Of a stretch of 64,000 nucleotides of DNA, positions 1 through 14,200 are shown one piece after another (position 1 is the first letter of the stretch; each line of letters opens with the position of its first letter). The stretch comes from Paragordius varius. Its lineage: Eukaryota > Animalia > Nematomorpha. Below the pieces are notes generated by a model. It saw only the letters and a list, made by a program, of their open reading frames with translations, was not told where the DNA came from and searched no databases. The position numbers and the translations under genes are program-made. The stretch lies in assembly GCA_964247055.1 (NCBI GenBank), contig OZ176054.1:11160001-11224000 (forward strand), in the 5' to 3' direction.

Positions 1-920
1 ATCGAATTTTATAAAAAATATTTTGCCGCACCCATTGCCATCAAAAGAAAAAGGCTGTTGCATCGTTTCCTGGCACAAAAACATGGTGAACTTGTTAACC
101 ATGGTTTCAAAAATTTAAACGTTGAGATTTAATGAAAAATTGCAAAGGCGATAATGCAGTAGTTATGGGATAATAACCCAACTAAACCCAACAGCAGAAG
201 CATTAAAAAAAACAAATCGATATATATCCACGAGCAAGGTGAAAGACCAATAAACTCGGTATATGGATTCCACACAATTTGTATGAACGTCAAAACTGCA
301 AAGTGTTTATTGAAATCCTGCTTCAATTTCGCGAAGAGATTATTTTTGAATTGAATTGGGACGCGTGATGAGAAGTGGTTTTATCTGGTAAATGCAAAGG
401 GGAAAAACTTTCACCAAGCCGTTCCTTATACAACAAGGCCATATCATTTCGACAAAAAACCATGCGTGTGGGTCAAGAGCGGCATTTACTTTTGAAGTCC
501 CGTGAAATTGTTAATATACAACACTATCGATAACAATGCCTAAGTAAATTCTTAATCGAAAAACAACCGCAATGAGCCAGAAAACATAGCAAGACCATTT
601 TGCTATATGACAATGCTTCGTCTCCCACAAACCAACCAAAAAGAAACGCCTTTGAATCGTAGATGATTTTTTCTCACATATGAACTCTCCTGATCGGTAC
701 CATCTGACTAATACAACTTTGCATCGATGAGGCACACCCTCGCAGAGCAGTACTTTTTCTAAGTCGTAGGGATATGGCTCGACAAATGGTTTGTTGCAAA
801 AGTCAATTAGCCTCCTGGCATTCACATATACCTGTATTGAAATATAGAGACCAATGTACAATATTTTGAATAAAATATTTGATTTTCTTACAAAATTACA
901 TGTGTTCCCGAAAAACCGGT
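1..920 (+). mobile_element. Degenerate mariner (Tc1/mariner DD34D) transposon remnant, 5' end outside window
   Basis: Broken frames contain KLGIWIPHNL (WVPHEL motif), TRDEKWFY (TGDEKW), LYDNA (LHDNA) and a decayed YSPDLAPSD-like tract near 680-700, and end YFE*. A TIR-like end at about 895-920 resembles the end of the copy at 13860-13890. Confidence 0.85.
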
Positions 921-1149
921 ATTATGAATGCCTAAATATGATAGTTATAAAATATGGCCCATGAAACTGCTTAGGAGTAGAGACCCCAAGTGAATTAGGT
1001 GCGAATAAAAGGATATATTTATTTTTAATCCGTTATGAAAATCGATCTGATGTAGGAATCCTAACTGTAAAATTTCAGATTTATTTTATATATCAATGAA
1101 TTTTTTTAAAAGTATTTATTTTCCACTTTGTGTGGAACAGACCCTAAAA

Positions 1150-2200
1150 AATATTTTTTTACAAGTTTTCATTGAGTAAAAAATATAATATCAAACGGTA
1201 ATCAATTTTTTACTTTATTCAAAATATTATCAATCGGCTTCTCCACACTTTGCCCATCTCGGTAAATATATAAATGACGGACCAGAAAAATTAATTGTCC
1301 TATGCAGAAAACATTCGTTAAGCCGTTTTTCAACGTCTTTGTAATCATTGAGGTCTGCTCAAGGAGGGTGTGTGATACAAACTTGATGGTCAGATGGCGC
1401 TGAGTCAGTAGTGTTATCCAAGCTTTTTAAAGGTGTCTTTTATTAATTTTGCTATGAAAGACGAAGCATTGTCATATGAAAAAATCATTTTTTCCATGTT
1501 TTCTGGCTCATTCCAATTGTATTTCGATTGGCTTCATTCAGGCATTTGTTAGAGAAATTTAGTGTTTTAACAATTTCACGGGATTTCAAAAGTTCTAGCC
1601 GCTTTGGTCCCACCAGACACAGATTGCAAATATGACCTTATTGTGTATGGAACGGCGTGGGATGAAAGATTTTCCCGCTTTGGATTTACAACGTGTCCCA
1701 ATTCGATGGGAAAATGATTTCTGTTCGTGCCGTTGAAGCAGGATTTTACTAATCACTTTGCAATTTTCGATTTTCGTCAAAATATGTGAAATGGTCTATA
1801 TATATATCTCTCTCTCTCCTATAGCTCGTAAACATCTATCGACGTTATTATATGTAAAGCTTCTCTCGATCGCCGTTAAGTTTCAGTTCATCATTCAGTA
1901 ATTGCAATCGTCCTTTGCAGCTATGAGGCCTATCATAACGCGCACTCTTTCACATAAAATCCCATTTTTTAATATTTGATGTAGCGTGTTCACCATTCTA
2001 CCTACTATAGATATCGTTCAACTGCCTTTTCAAGCACAAAACTAGACATGATTTCTTAATGATAAAACTAAATTAGTTTTTGGTGAGCCTACCTGGGCGT
2101 TTGTAGTTTAATTTTGGATTAACAAAATGGGCTCTGTATGTAGCCTGCGTCTTCTTTTATTTAAAGTGGTAAAAACTTATGAATACATCTGTTACAACAT
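1150..2200 (-). mobile_element. Degenerate mariner transposon remnant
   Basis: ORF 1595-1780 ends ICVWWDQSG (mariner VWWD motif). The minus strand also shows YDNAS, SAPSDH and an N-terminal GEHA...W HTH-like segment near 1950. Boundaries are approximate. Confidence 0.8.
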
Positions 2201-2925
2201 AAAAATGAATACACAATTACTTTTTACCGTTTATTTTTCAGATTATATTATAGATATAAAAACAATATCAAAATCAATATGGAACTAAAGGTAGAAATAA
2301 ATTTTTTAACAACTTAATTTTTCGAAATGTAATCATTTTGTTCGTAGGCGTTATTTTTGAAAATTCATAGGATAACCTTTTAATTTAATTAAATTTTGAT
2401 CACACTTTATTTTTCTCCTTAAAACAAACATTGTTTTAGGTTAGACCCAAACGCAACAAGCCCTCTCCCCCATTTTTCCAAAATAGAAAAAACCCCAAAC
2501 TCCATTTATAGCTTAACATTTAAACAATCATATATGCTATAATATAAACAAATGTGGGTGTGAGTGATAGCAAATAAATGACTCATTCCTATTATCAATA
2601 ACAACAGTTGAAATTACGTTGCATATGTTAAGAGCCAATTTTATATGATGCTCCAATAAAAAAAGTATTTGCTTCTTTTGATAACTCTTATCGCAAGAAC
2701 AAATAAAATAAATTTAGTAGCATATTTGAACATTAGAAAAATCAGAGAAATATTTTTTCGGTATTTAGCCAACGTTGATAAAAGTCTGCTACCATATTAA
2801 ATATCTCTATTGACCATTAAAAATTTTTAAAATCATTTACTATTATCGTAATTAATAAAAAAGTATGAACTACTATTTATGGTTTAATTACTTGTTGGCT
2901 TTTATATAAAATAAAAATAGTTTAC

Positions 2926-3001
2926 CTGTTGGGATTACAGCAGAATGTGAAAATGTTCTGAGCACGATTGTACAATATAGGAAAAACGAAATGAAATCCA
3001 T
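2926..3001 (-). CDS. Possible first exon encoding a signal peptide (MDFISFFLYCTIVLRTFSHSAVIPT, phase-1 donor)
   Basis: ATG at 3001, hydrophobic N-terminus and an AG|GTAAA donor at 2925. Downstream exons could not be assembled. Confidence 0.3.
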
Positions 3002-4284
3002 TATGTTAGATAATTTTTAATAGTAATCTTTTTTAAAAATTTGTTAAGATAATTAATCGATGAGCGATGAGTAAAAGAATAATTTCAGCGAATTTAATGA
3101 TGATTTTGATGATATAATTTGTAATAAATATCTATTTTTGTAATATATATATATTTATTAAATATTAGCGTAATATAACTGAAACGCAACAACTATAAAT
3201 ATCATTTTTTGAGATCAAAGTGGTATACACAATTTGCATTATTGTAAAGTTTGTATAACAAACAAATACTTTTTACAGGTAAATAATTTTATCTTAGTTT
3301 TATATTAGTTAAATGAAATGGTAAAGAAAAAAGTGTATGGCAGCAGCGTATCGAAAATATTGACTTTGCGGTTGCTAGTAAACACAAATATTAACATCTC
3401 ATATATAGTGGTTGTGGTTAACCCCGATATTGAAAAATAACTATTTTGAGATATATTATGAGAAAAAAATATTTTATAAAATTATTTTTTTGCCGAGTTT
3501 TTCAGCCATGGCCTAGGTTTGGAGTGTCCAGTAAAATTTGAAATTTGCAGGTAAAGTGTAAAAACTAAAAGAGAATATTTTTAATAAAAACGCCCCATTT
3601 TTTATACCTAGATTTTTATTACAACTGGTCGTTTTGGGTAACATCACAAAGAATATAAATGTAAATTTTCACACATTTGATTTTATATATTTTTAAATTG
3701 TAAATTTTTAGTTTTGTGAAAGTTAAAGCTGAATGGTTGTTTCTTTTTAAAAATATAACTTTATTTTTCACGTTTTGCCGGTATAAATTCAATTTTTACT
3801 ATATTTATTTGCATGTCGTAATAAATGATTCATCATGAAAACACATGAATTGTTTTTGGCCCAACAGTAATTTTTATATTATCTCGCAAAACTGACTTCG
3901 CTTTTAATCTATAAGTCCAAATCAGAATTTTTATCATCAATATAAAAAGCATCATAGTTAATTACTAAACCGTGTAATATAATGATCGTCCAATTACATC
4001 ATATTTAGAGCCATCACAATATTTTAGGAATGTATGCGCAATTTATTTCGTGCAATAAAACTATATTTTTATTTTTAAAACTTTATGTTATTTACATACT
4101 TAAATCCAAGTATTTTAAAAAATAATTTTTTACAATCCTTATATCACTCATGATTCCATAACTAATTATTCCAATGAGGGATATCTGATAAAGGTTATCA
4201 ATAGGAAAAAATTTGTATTTACCTAAAAAGCTTAATCAAAATCATAAATTTAGCTGGAAATCTTACTGATATTAATCAACATAC

Positions 4285-4470
4285 TTACCAAACAAATTCA
4301 CCCTTGAACAATTCAAATTCTTCTTCGAACAATTTAACTTCACCCTAATAAATTATGTATTTTTGGGCTAATAAACCCATCATTAATATGAAAATTTTAT
4401 AAAATAGTTTATTTCAATATCATCAACAAAATTTAGGAAACACCTATTAAGATTTGTACAGGTTATTATT
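4285..4470. mobile_element. Partial or degenerate copy of the 21-bp-repeat MITE family (family A)
   Basis: Contains AAATTCACCCTTGAACAATTCAAATT units and the same internal sequence as the copies at 23004 and 41807. Confidence 0.55.
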
Positions 4471-5220
4471 TTTTAGATGAATCTTTTAAAAAATTCAGCA
4501 TGTGATTAACCCGTTCGCTTTCTGAAACAATAAATTATATTTTTATTTTATTTTATACCTTACTTTTTATAAATTAAATGCTTATTTTACATTTAGTGTA
4601 AATATTTTGCGTTTTATAAATTTTTTATTAAAATGTTAATTTTATTTCCATTCACGTGGAAAGGGGTTACCAGAGGTTTTAAATACAAAAAATAGGGAGG
4701 CAGCACCTAACAGTTTTAGATTTTCAAATGTTAAATAACACATTAACTAATTTTTATAAATATTTTTGATGCTAATTTAAATTTTGCTCTTTAGACGCTC
4801 CACTTTATTAATGTCGAAGCTTATTCAATCACAAGCATCGTCTTATTGATTTAGAAATTTAAATTTATTAGCAATTAATAAAATTCCAAATAAATTTAAA
4901 TGTCTCAAAAAACAAACTGTTTAAAATAGTTTATAGGGCGTATTTCAAAAAATTATCGGTTCTCGAAGCTACTCTATCCAAAAACTAAAATTTAATGTGA
5001 CTCACTATGTATAGTATTGTATGATATATATAATTGTATAGATAGACTTTGGATAGGTCTTAAAAATTAAAGTTACCAACAACATTTTTTTATTGCACCA
5101 TGCATTAGCTAAAAAATAATCATACCTAATTTTAATAAATATAATAATAAAGAATCATAATACTGATTACACCCAAAAAAATAAAAATTTGATTTGGTCC
5201 CATTGGAATTAAGTTTTTAG

Positions 5221-8200
5221 TCAAACTTTTCCATTTGATATCAATGGATCTGTAACAGTTGGAGCGACCGATTTTTCATTTATTAACTCGGGCGGTTTGA
5301 TTTGCTCTTCTGTCACCACTGTATTAGGAGGAGACATTGGCTGGGTTATGTTTTCCGGGATTATTTTGTTTGCATTGTCAGATAATGCTATCTTAATATC
5401 TTCATTTTTAGTCAAATTCGCATCAGTGGCTATTAAATCTTTAGATACATTCACCACAAGCTTATCTGTTTCATCACACAGTTCAATGGGAACTTTTCCT
5501 AACACATCTTTGGCTATGTTTGGAGGTGACACTTTTCGCCTTAGTGCATAGGAGTCTTGTTGCGATCGCCTTCTCTCACCAAATGCTTTTGGTAGACTTG
5601 ATTTTGTTTGCGTGGCAGGTTCGTAATATTCAAGTTTCCCCTTTTTTAAACTTTTAAATGTATTATCAGACATGGTATTTGGCCTCCCAAATAAAAATTC
5701 TTTAACGGATAGCAAATAGCCTGGAATGCGATTTATCCATCTTTCATCTTCTAATATATCTGGCTTGTTGCTTTTATTACCTTCGCTATTTGGTTTTTCA
5801 TCCTGAACTTTGATGCTACAAAATAAATTTATGCCAGACATTAATGGTTGTTTCCCATTCTTTGTTGTACTTTCGTTGTTGTTCGGTGTTAATTGCGCTT
5901 TTACATTTTGTGGAGGAGCACTTTGTCTATAATCTGCGCGTAATATTTCAACAAGCATGGGATCGCCATAGTAAGGACAAGTTATCCAATGAGACCTATT
6001 TTTCAAAGTGGACTTGGGTGAATCTCGGATGCTAATTTCGAAATTGGTACTTTTATTTTTGGAATTCGTTATGATTTTAGTTTCAAAATTTTTTGGTCCA
6101 ACACTAAATTTTCCTACATCCCCTGTTTGATGGTCAATTACATTATCATTTTCATCTTTAAGGTAATGATTAATAATAGCTGGTTTAGCAAAAGGTTGTG
6201 GTTTAAAGATATCAGATACTCGATAATTTGAATTTGTTCTTCCATAGGCCTACAAGAATAATATAAATTATATTTGACGAGTCTTTGAATTTCATTCTAT
6301 CTTTCAACCTTTTTAGTTTAGCTTATGTCAAAAAACTTTATAGTGCATAAGGATTACAGTATGAGTAAGTATATATGTATGGCTAGATAGTTATTTATTA
6401 TTGCCAAATAGCACGTGCAGCAAAGAGAATTATTATTGGCTAATAATTGTACAAAGTAAAAAAATAACTATAAGCCAATAATAATGCCCTTTGTTGTATA
6501 TTTGGCAATGATTAATAACTTTCTAGCAATGTATATTTACTCATACTGTATTTCCACCCTTATACATCCTAAGCTAGACACAGCATTAAACTAATATTAT
6601 ATTTCGGTTAGGGTATTTTTTGGTTTAAGTCCTCCACAAGTCGCCACACAAATAAAAATCGTAATGTTACAAGAAAAAAATAATTAATTTTACTAATGAA
6701 CTAAACTTATTAAATGGTTTAAGCCATTTGTAACATCAAAAAAGTGTTTTTTCCCTCGACTGCTATAAATTTTTCTAATATACTAATTTCGAATATATTG
6801 ATCTGCTGTCAAACAGCTATAATTTTTTATTGGTTTTATATGGTTCACGGGCCTTCAGACATGATATGATGTTATATAATATGCAACAAATAACTCTATT
6901 TTAAATATGATATGATGTTATATATGCAACAAAAATAACTCTATTTTATATATTACGTTGCTATTCAATGCATACGTATAATACTTTTCTGTTATTAATA
7001 TTTTACGTGTTATATACTACGTGACAAGTTTTAGACTACGTGTTTTATAAATGCACACTCATCATTCTCAGAAATTTGTATATGTTAATGCACGATAAAA
7101 ATATATAATAAGATCCGTATACATTTCTCGGAATTAAATATAACCTATATAAACAACAACTTCTTTAAGTCCATTGCATTACTGTGTTTTCCCATTATTG
7201 TGTTATAATAAATTATACCCAACTGATATTATTTGGCGACGAGAAAAAAAATTTATTCTGCCTAATGGAAAATCCCGGAGATAACATCATTTAGTAATGC
7301 ATAAAATCCTCTAAATCGAATAATTCTTGAACCATTTGACGAATGTTCCAATTTCAAAAATTATGTCAAGCACATAGAAAGGGTGCTCGCGGCCAGGGAT
7401 ATTCCTGTCATGGATTCCAATATAAAAAAATTATTTTTAGCTTTCGGTGGTATTAAAATTTTGAACAAAATTGAAAATATTCTATATCCTGATACCATCG
7501 AAGATTTGGAATGGCCGGAAATCTATAAAATTGCAGTTCAAATCTATGCCCCAGACAAAAGTCTATGGGTGAATAGATGTGCATTTTATCGTATTCGTCG
7601 TGGTGATAATGAATCTATTCTTTCGTATTTAGAACGTTTGAAAATTTTGGCCGACAATTCTGGATTTGATTCGGACATTTCTAACGAAATCAGGGATATA
7701 TTTTTGATTGGATTAAATCAACCTAGATTAGAAAGAGAACTCCACATAAAATATCCGCTCGGTAAGTTAGATGACAAACCACTGACACTACAACTGTTGG
7801 TCGATATGGCTTTAAGTTTTGAGGAAGCCGATAATCTGCCCTCGCAAATCAATAAGCTTAAAGTGGATAGATCCAGAAATGTAAAACCTCATGGAAGTTT
7901 TAACAAGGGCCATTATAACAATAATAATTATAAAAACAATAAGAATAATGATGTCCGGGATAATAATGATACTAAAGTAAATTGCCGAAATTGTGGATCA
8001 CTGCATGTGAGAAACAAGTGTCCGGCTTGGGGCAAAACGTGCTACAATTGCAACAAAAATAACCACTTTAGTTCAATGTGCAAAACAAAGTTGGTGAGAA
8101 ATTTAGATCAAATTAGATCTATAAAAGCGGGCACTACCCCTAAAATAAAAGTGAAGATCAACAATAATATGATAGATATGATTTTCGATACCGGTGCTGA

Positions 8201-11200
8201 CTGCTGTCTCATAAGTCAACAAATATGGAAGCAGATCGGTAGCCCTAAGTTAGGTCCGATCAAATAACCACGTATGATAATAATAAGATAACAATCTTAG
8301 GGAAAACTATGGTCACTGTGATGTTGTACAATGAAAAGAAAACGTTACCATGTATCGTAACTAAAAGCAATTTTGATCCAATTTTTGGATTACCTTGGAT
8401 AAAAGCGTACAAGCTACCTTTTCCAAAAGGTTTAATCAATAATATAAATTCTAATGAGAAGATGGAGCTGACCAAAATATTTCCAAAACTATTCTCAAAT
8501 GAACTTGGTTGTTACAACGGCAATCCGATCAAAATTTTTTTGACACCGGATGCAAAACCAAAAGCTTTTCCATGCCGTAGAGTTCCTCTACCATTGCAAC
8601 CATTGGTAGAAAATGAATTGAATAGATTGTTAGATTTGGGGATTATAGAACCAATAGACCCAACAACAACTGAGATATCTTGGGCAACCCCAACGGTCAA
8701 CGTGTTAAAATCCAATGAGGAGGCTCGTATCTGCGCCGATTTTCGTGTCACAATCAATCCTTATCTATCAAAAGATTCTCATATTATTCCGACATTTGAT
8801 CAATTATTGGATAAAATCGGAAATGGACATTCATTTTCAGTTTTGGATCTCAAGGATGCCTACTTACAACTACCGGTTGATAAAGAATGCTCTAATATTC
8901 TGACAATTACAACACACAGAGGTTACTTTATGTATAAACGATTACCTTTCGGGCTCACAAATGCTCCAATGATATTTCAACGAGTTATGGATCAAATTCT
9001 GGATGATTGCACAGGCGTTTGTGCTTATCTGGATGATGTTCTGGTAACCGGCAATACAGACACTCAACACAAAGCAAATCTTGAGCATGTGTTGGAGAAA
9101 CTTGAACAGGCCGGATTCCGTTTGCAACCAGATAAAATGAAATTCTTCCAGGAAAAAGTATCCTACATGGGATACGAAATATCTAAAAGAGGTATTAAGC
9201 CAACGGATGAAAAAATCAAGGCTATTTAGAAATGTCCTGTTCTAAAGGACAAAACAACATTACGGTCCTTTTTAGGACTATTAAACTTTCATGAAAAATT
9301 TATTCCAAGATTACATTCAGTCATAAGTAATCTGCTCACTTTAACTGGAAACAAAATGCCATGGAAATGGGAGAATATTCATGATAAACAATTTGCACTG
9401 TCAAAACAACTAATAGCAAATTTTGTGGAACTGATTCCGTACAATCCGCAATTGTCATTATTGATTGAGACCAATGCTTCAAACGAAGGTTTGGGTTCCA
9501 TCCTTTTCCATGTAACCGAAGATGGCAAGCGGCCAATCTCTTTCACATCCAGGAAATGTTTAAATTCTGAAAAACATTATTCGACGATCGAAAGAGAGGC
9601 CAAGGCGATTTTGTTCGCGGTAAACAAATTTCACCCTTTCATATATGGGAGATCTTTTAAAATATTGACTGATCATAAACCACTGATTAAATTATTTGGG
9701 GAAGACCGGAACTTAACCGGAGTCACTAATATAAAATTATTACGTTGGATTTATAAAATATCGGGGTATGATTATACCATTCATTTCAATAAAGGGGTTC
9801 ATAATTTAGCTGATCCCCTATCAAGATTAGCAATTGACGATCCTGAAATGGATGATGATCATGCTGTAGCTGAAAAATTCGGTTCTTATCTATGAACGAT
9901 TTGAACATCAATAAAAAAAATGTATTAGTTCAGTCCATTAAGGACCCGGTGATAAAAAATTAAAAATTGCATTAAATTCCAACAATTGGGATGATCCAGA
10001 TCTAAAAAATTATCAATCACATCGCAACGCTATCCAAGCATAGTATCGTTTAGTTTATTTGGGGGATAGACTCATTGTTCCTAGATCCATGCAAAATGAA
10101 GTCCTAAACTACTTTCACACTGGACACCTAGGGATAAGTACCATGAAGTCCCTTGCGCGCCACAGTGTATATTGGCCAGACTTGGACCAAAGTATTGAAT
10201 TGCTTGCGAAGACATGTGACTCATGTCAAAGATACAAGCCCAATGTCCAGGAAAATCCAACATACAAATGGAATTTCAACACCGACGTCTGGGAAAGAAT
10301 ACACATAGATATTGCTGGTCCCATTGATAATTTCTACTGGCTGGTAACAATTGACAGCTCGTCCAGATGGCTGGAAGTTAATTTATTGAAACAAGTTACG
10401 AGCAGGTCTGTTTTAAATTGCTTAGAACAATTGTTTGCGAGATATGGTTTTCCTAAATGATAGTAAGTGATAATGCATCGTATTTTGTATCGCACGATTT
10501 TGATGAAAGGCTTAAACACTTAAACATCAAACATGTTACGTCGAGTCCGTATCACCCACGAACGAATGGGTTGGTAGAAAGATCTATTTACACATTGAAA
10601 ACTAAATATAAAGCTACGCAGAGGGCTGACATCTCTCCGCAAGAAGCAATGAATACCATTTTGTGGAGCTATCGGCAGCAATTCATAGTGCAACGAGAGC
10701 AACACCGTGCTCATTATTCCTAAAAAGAGAATTGTTAGGTCCCTTGTCATGGTTAAAGACAATACCATCAGACTTTACGGATAATACTAGAGCCCCCTTA
10801 CGAGAATTTGACGTTGATGATGCTATTCTGATTAAAAATGAAACAGCAGAGGGGTGGCGGAAAGGAAATGTAGTTGAAAGAACAGGATTATTATTTTACA
10901 AGACTGATGACGGTAGCAAAATTCAGCGAAAACACGCCGATCAGCTACAGAAGTCTGTTATGTCACAACCCGCCCTTGACATTGTACCAGAGATCCCAGT
11001 TACGGAAGCTGTGGAGTCGGAGTGTAACTTGACAGAAGTACAAAGCCGTTATCCTCGCCGGGAACGAAAAGCTCTGGATCGTTTTTCTTATTAAAGGTGG
11101 GAGATATGATATGATGTTATATAATATGCAACAAAACATAACTCTATTTTATATATGATATGATGTTATATAATATGCAACAAAACATAACTCTATTTTA

Positions 11201-14200
11201 TATATTACGTTGCTATTCAATGCATACTTATAATACTTTTCTGTTATTAATATTTTACGTGACATGTTATATACTACGTGACAAGTTTTAGACTACGTGA
11301 CTGTTTTTTAAATGCACACTCATCATTCTCAGAAATTTGTATATGTTAATGCACGATAAAAATATATAATAAGATCCGTATACATTTCTCGGAATTAAAT
11401 ATAACCTATATAAACAACAACTTCTTTAAGACCATTGCATTACTGTGTTTTCCCATTATTGTGTTATAATAAATTATACCCAACTGATATTAAGACAAGA
11501 TCAATAATTTTTGCGGTCCTTCAAATTATTTTGGTGAGAATCACGGATCAAAATCTTTAAATACCAAAATTGATAAAATACCGGGTTTTCTAACAAAATA
11601 TTTTTTATAATTAAATTATTTATACGTGGGAACCGGAAGGCATCATTACTGGGTTTTTTGATAACATTTAAATAGATAAGTAAAATATTTAATAAAAACA
11701 TAGGCAAATCAATTTAAAATATCTACATTTCTTTAAAAAAACGTCATATTATATTTTGAACTTAATAAACTGAATTATGAATTTTTAAATAAAGTAGATA
11801 CATGAAATATAAAAAATTTCATCAATGAGCATTTATTTTATTTACCATTATTTTCATTATTTGCCAAATTTGTATTTTCCTAATGTTTAATGAATAGCTG
11901 TCTAACGCATAATAATTTTTGCGTTTTATGATTCTAATCATAATTTCAAAAAAATTATCCCTGTATATGAAAACTTTATTATCACACACTGCGCTGGTGA
12001 TGAAACCATAAGTCTTTTAGATTATCAACCCATATTTATGACTTATGAGCTTTAAATTATGGAGTAACATAAAAATTTTATCGAAGATACCTCTATTTTT
12101 CTTCGGACTGGCGGAAATTGTAACGCATCAATCAGTTTATATTGTTTATTGTCCAAACATATCATTTCCCTATAATGTTTTTAGATGACTAAAAGTTCTT
12201 TATATCTTATTACAAAAAATAAATTTACCAATTACCAATTTGCTTTTAATAGCATTTTTCGAGCATCATTATCCAAAAATATATCATCCATCCCCTTTTC
12301 ATAACAGAGCAATAATTGTTTGGGTGTCATGTGACAAAACCGCACCTGTGAAACAATTAAAATCGACTATAATTGTAGCAATACGATTATAAAAAATCCA
12401 AATTGTATATTGGAGCGACTGAATAGCTTTTTTAGCGATTGTCGATTAGTCCGAGAGCAATTTTTTAGGGAAACTTGCTCTATTTGTTTCTGACATGGGC
12501 CTTTAAAATTAATTTTTGATTTAACATATGCGTCCAAAAACTCCTTTTTTGTTACCTTTAACTTTTCCTATTATTATCATATCTTTCTTTAACGGGTTTC
12601 TCCCTTTTTCTATAACCAAAATGGTTAAAATTTTATCTTATTAATTTTACCATATAGAATTATTTGTGTTTTATTTTTTCAAACATTCTGTCTTCTTTTG
12701 AAAAAAAATTTTTCACTATCATATAACATAAATTGTAGAGTATCTATCAATCGTCTTTTTTTAACCCTATAGTGAGTTCCGAGATACATACCAGGTGTAA
12801 GTATAAATCATTGCCAGGTTAGTTAATATAAAATGTCAGCGAAAAGTTCACAGCCAATTAATGTATATGCCATTTTGTTAATCTGATATTAAACGGCCAA
12901 CAGAAACAAATTGAGTCCGCCAGAAAGTAGAGTCTTGTATTAATCATTGAATAACTATGTCGTTTTTTGTGCCAGAAGAAAATTAGCCGCATTGTTTTTC
13001 TTATTCCATTTGAAGAAAAGGGCTGTTGGATATTTTTGTTAATAGTAATAAATGGCGAACATGCTCTATCAATATAAAAAAGTGAAACATGGTTTCAAAA
13101 AATTATAAGTTATTATTTAATTGATCACAGACCTGAGAAGAGACGATAAAATGCAATATTTATTGAATTATTATGACCGAACTCAAACTAACCATACGCA
13201 AAAGTAAATATGTATACTAAAAATCAGTAATCGTTCACGAGCAAAGAGAAATAACAATAAACTGATTAAATGTCAAATAAAATGTCGCAAAGTGACTTGT
13301 GAAACCATCCTATTTCAACGTCACGATAATAAATCATTTCGCATTGAATTGTGAGGGGGATGAGAAGTTGCCTTATTTAGCCCTGCCACGCCGGTCCGTC
13401 AGCACCAAAGCTAATCGCTTTGGCGGCGAAATAACGGTATTTTTTTATTTAAAGCCAAGGAAAACCGTTGATGTATAACGCCATTGCCAACAAATGATTG
13501 ATATAAACCATACGTTAATCGAAAAACGACTGGAATGGTCCAAAAGACATGGCAAAGTGATTTCACTACTTGACGATTCTCCGATTCATATAACAAAATA
13601 AATTAAAAGCACCTTATAATCGCTTCAACGGGAAATTCTTCTACTTCCACAGTAGTCTCCTGACCTGGCGCCATCTGACTCATATTTCTTCACACGCTTG
13701 CAGAGATGCAGTTCAATAATTTTAAAAACGTTGGAAACTGGTTTAATAAGAGGTCTGCAGCAAATTTAATCATTTTTGGCATATTTGTATATCAGCTGAT
13801 AGATGGGCGAAATGTGTAGAAGCCGATCAACAATTAAAAATAATTAATTAATTTCCTTTCAAATTACGTGTTTTTTACGAAAAAACCGATAAAAACCTAG
13901 CCCAATACTGTATTTGGATATAGTGATTTGGCTTTGATTATTTTGGGTAAATTCTTCATAAATCGAGCAGGCTTTCGAAAAATCGAGATAGAATCTATAT
14001 TTAATGATTATCATGAATAGATCTAAAGAAACTACACTTAAGTTTTATAAAATTTTACAAGCTTTCGACACTAACACACTCTTGGAACTCTTACAACTAG
14101 GAGTATCTATTCACTCATCTAACTGATAAATATGTATACAACGTGTGCAAAAAAGAGGGTTAATATTAGTTAACAAAAAATTTTAATCATTAGATAGTTT

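Larger units (their letters stand above)
6862..11492 (+). mobile_element. Ty3/gypsy LTR retrotransposon (Mag-like), full length but with stops and frameshifts, in the last intron of the BACK gene
   Basis: Paired LTRs 6862-7231 and 11107-11492, 5-bp TSD AGACA (6857-6861 and 11493-11497), PBS, PPT, and gag-PR-RT-RH-IN order. Confidence 0.96.

Noticed and set aside
5297-5551. Antisense ORFs over real exons or pol (e.g. 5297-5551, 8512-8757, 43224-43550, 50204-50538)
   Set aside because: Shadow frames of coding sequence on the opposite strand.
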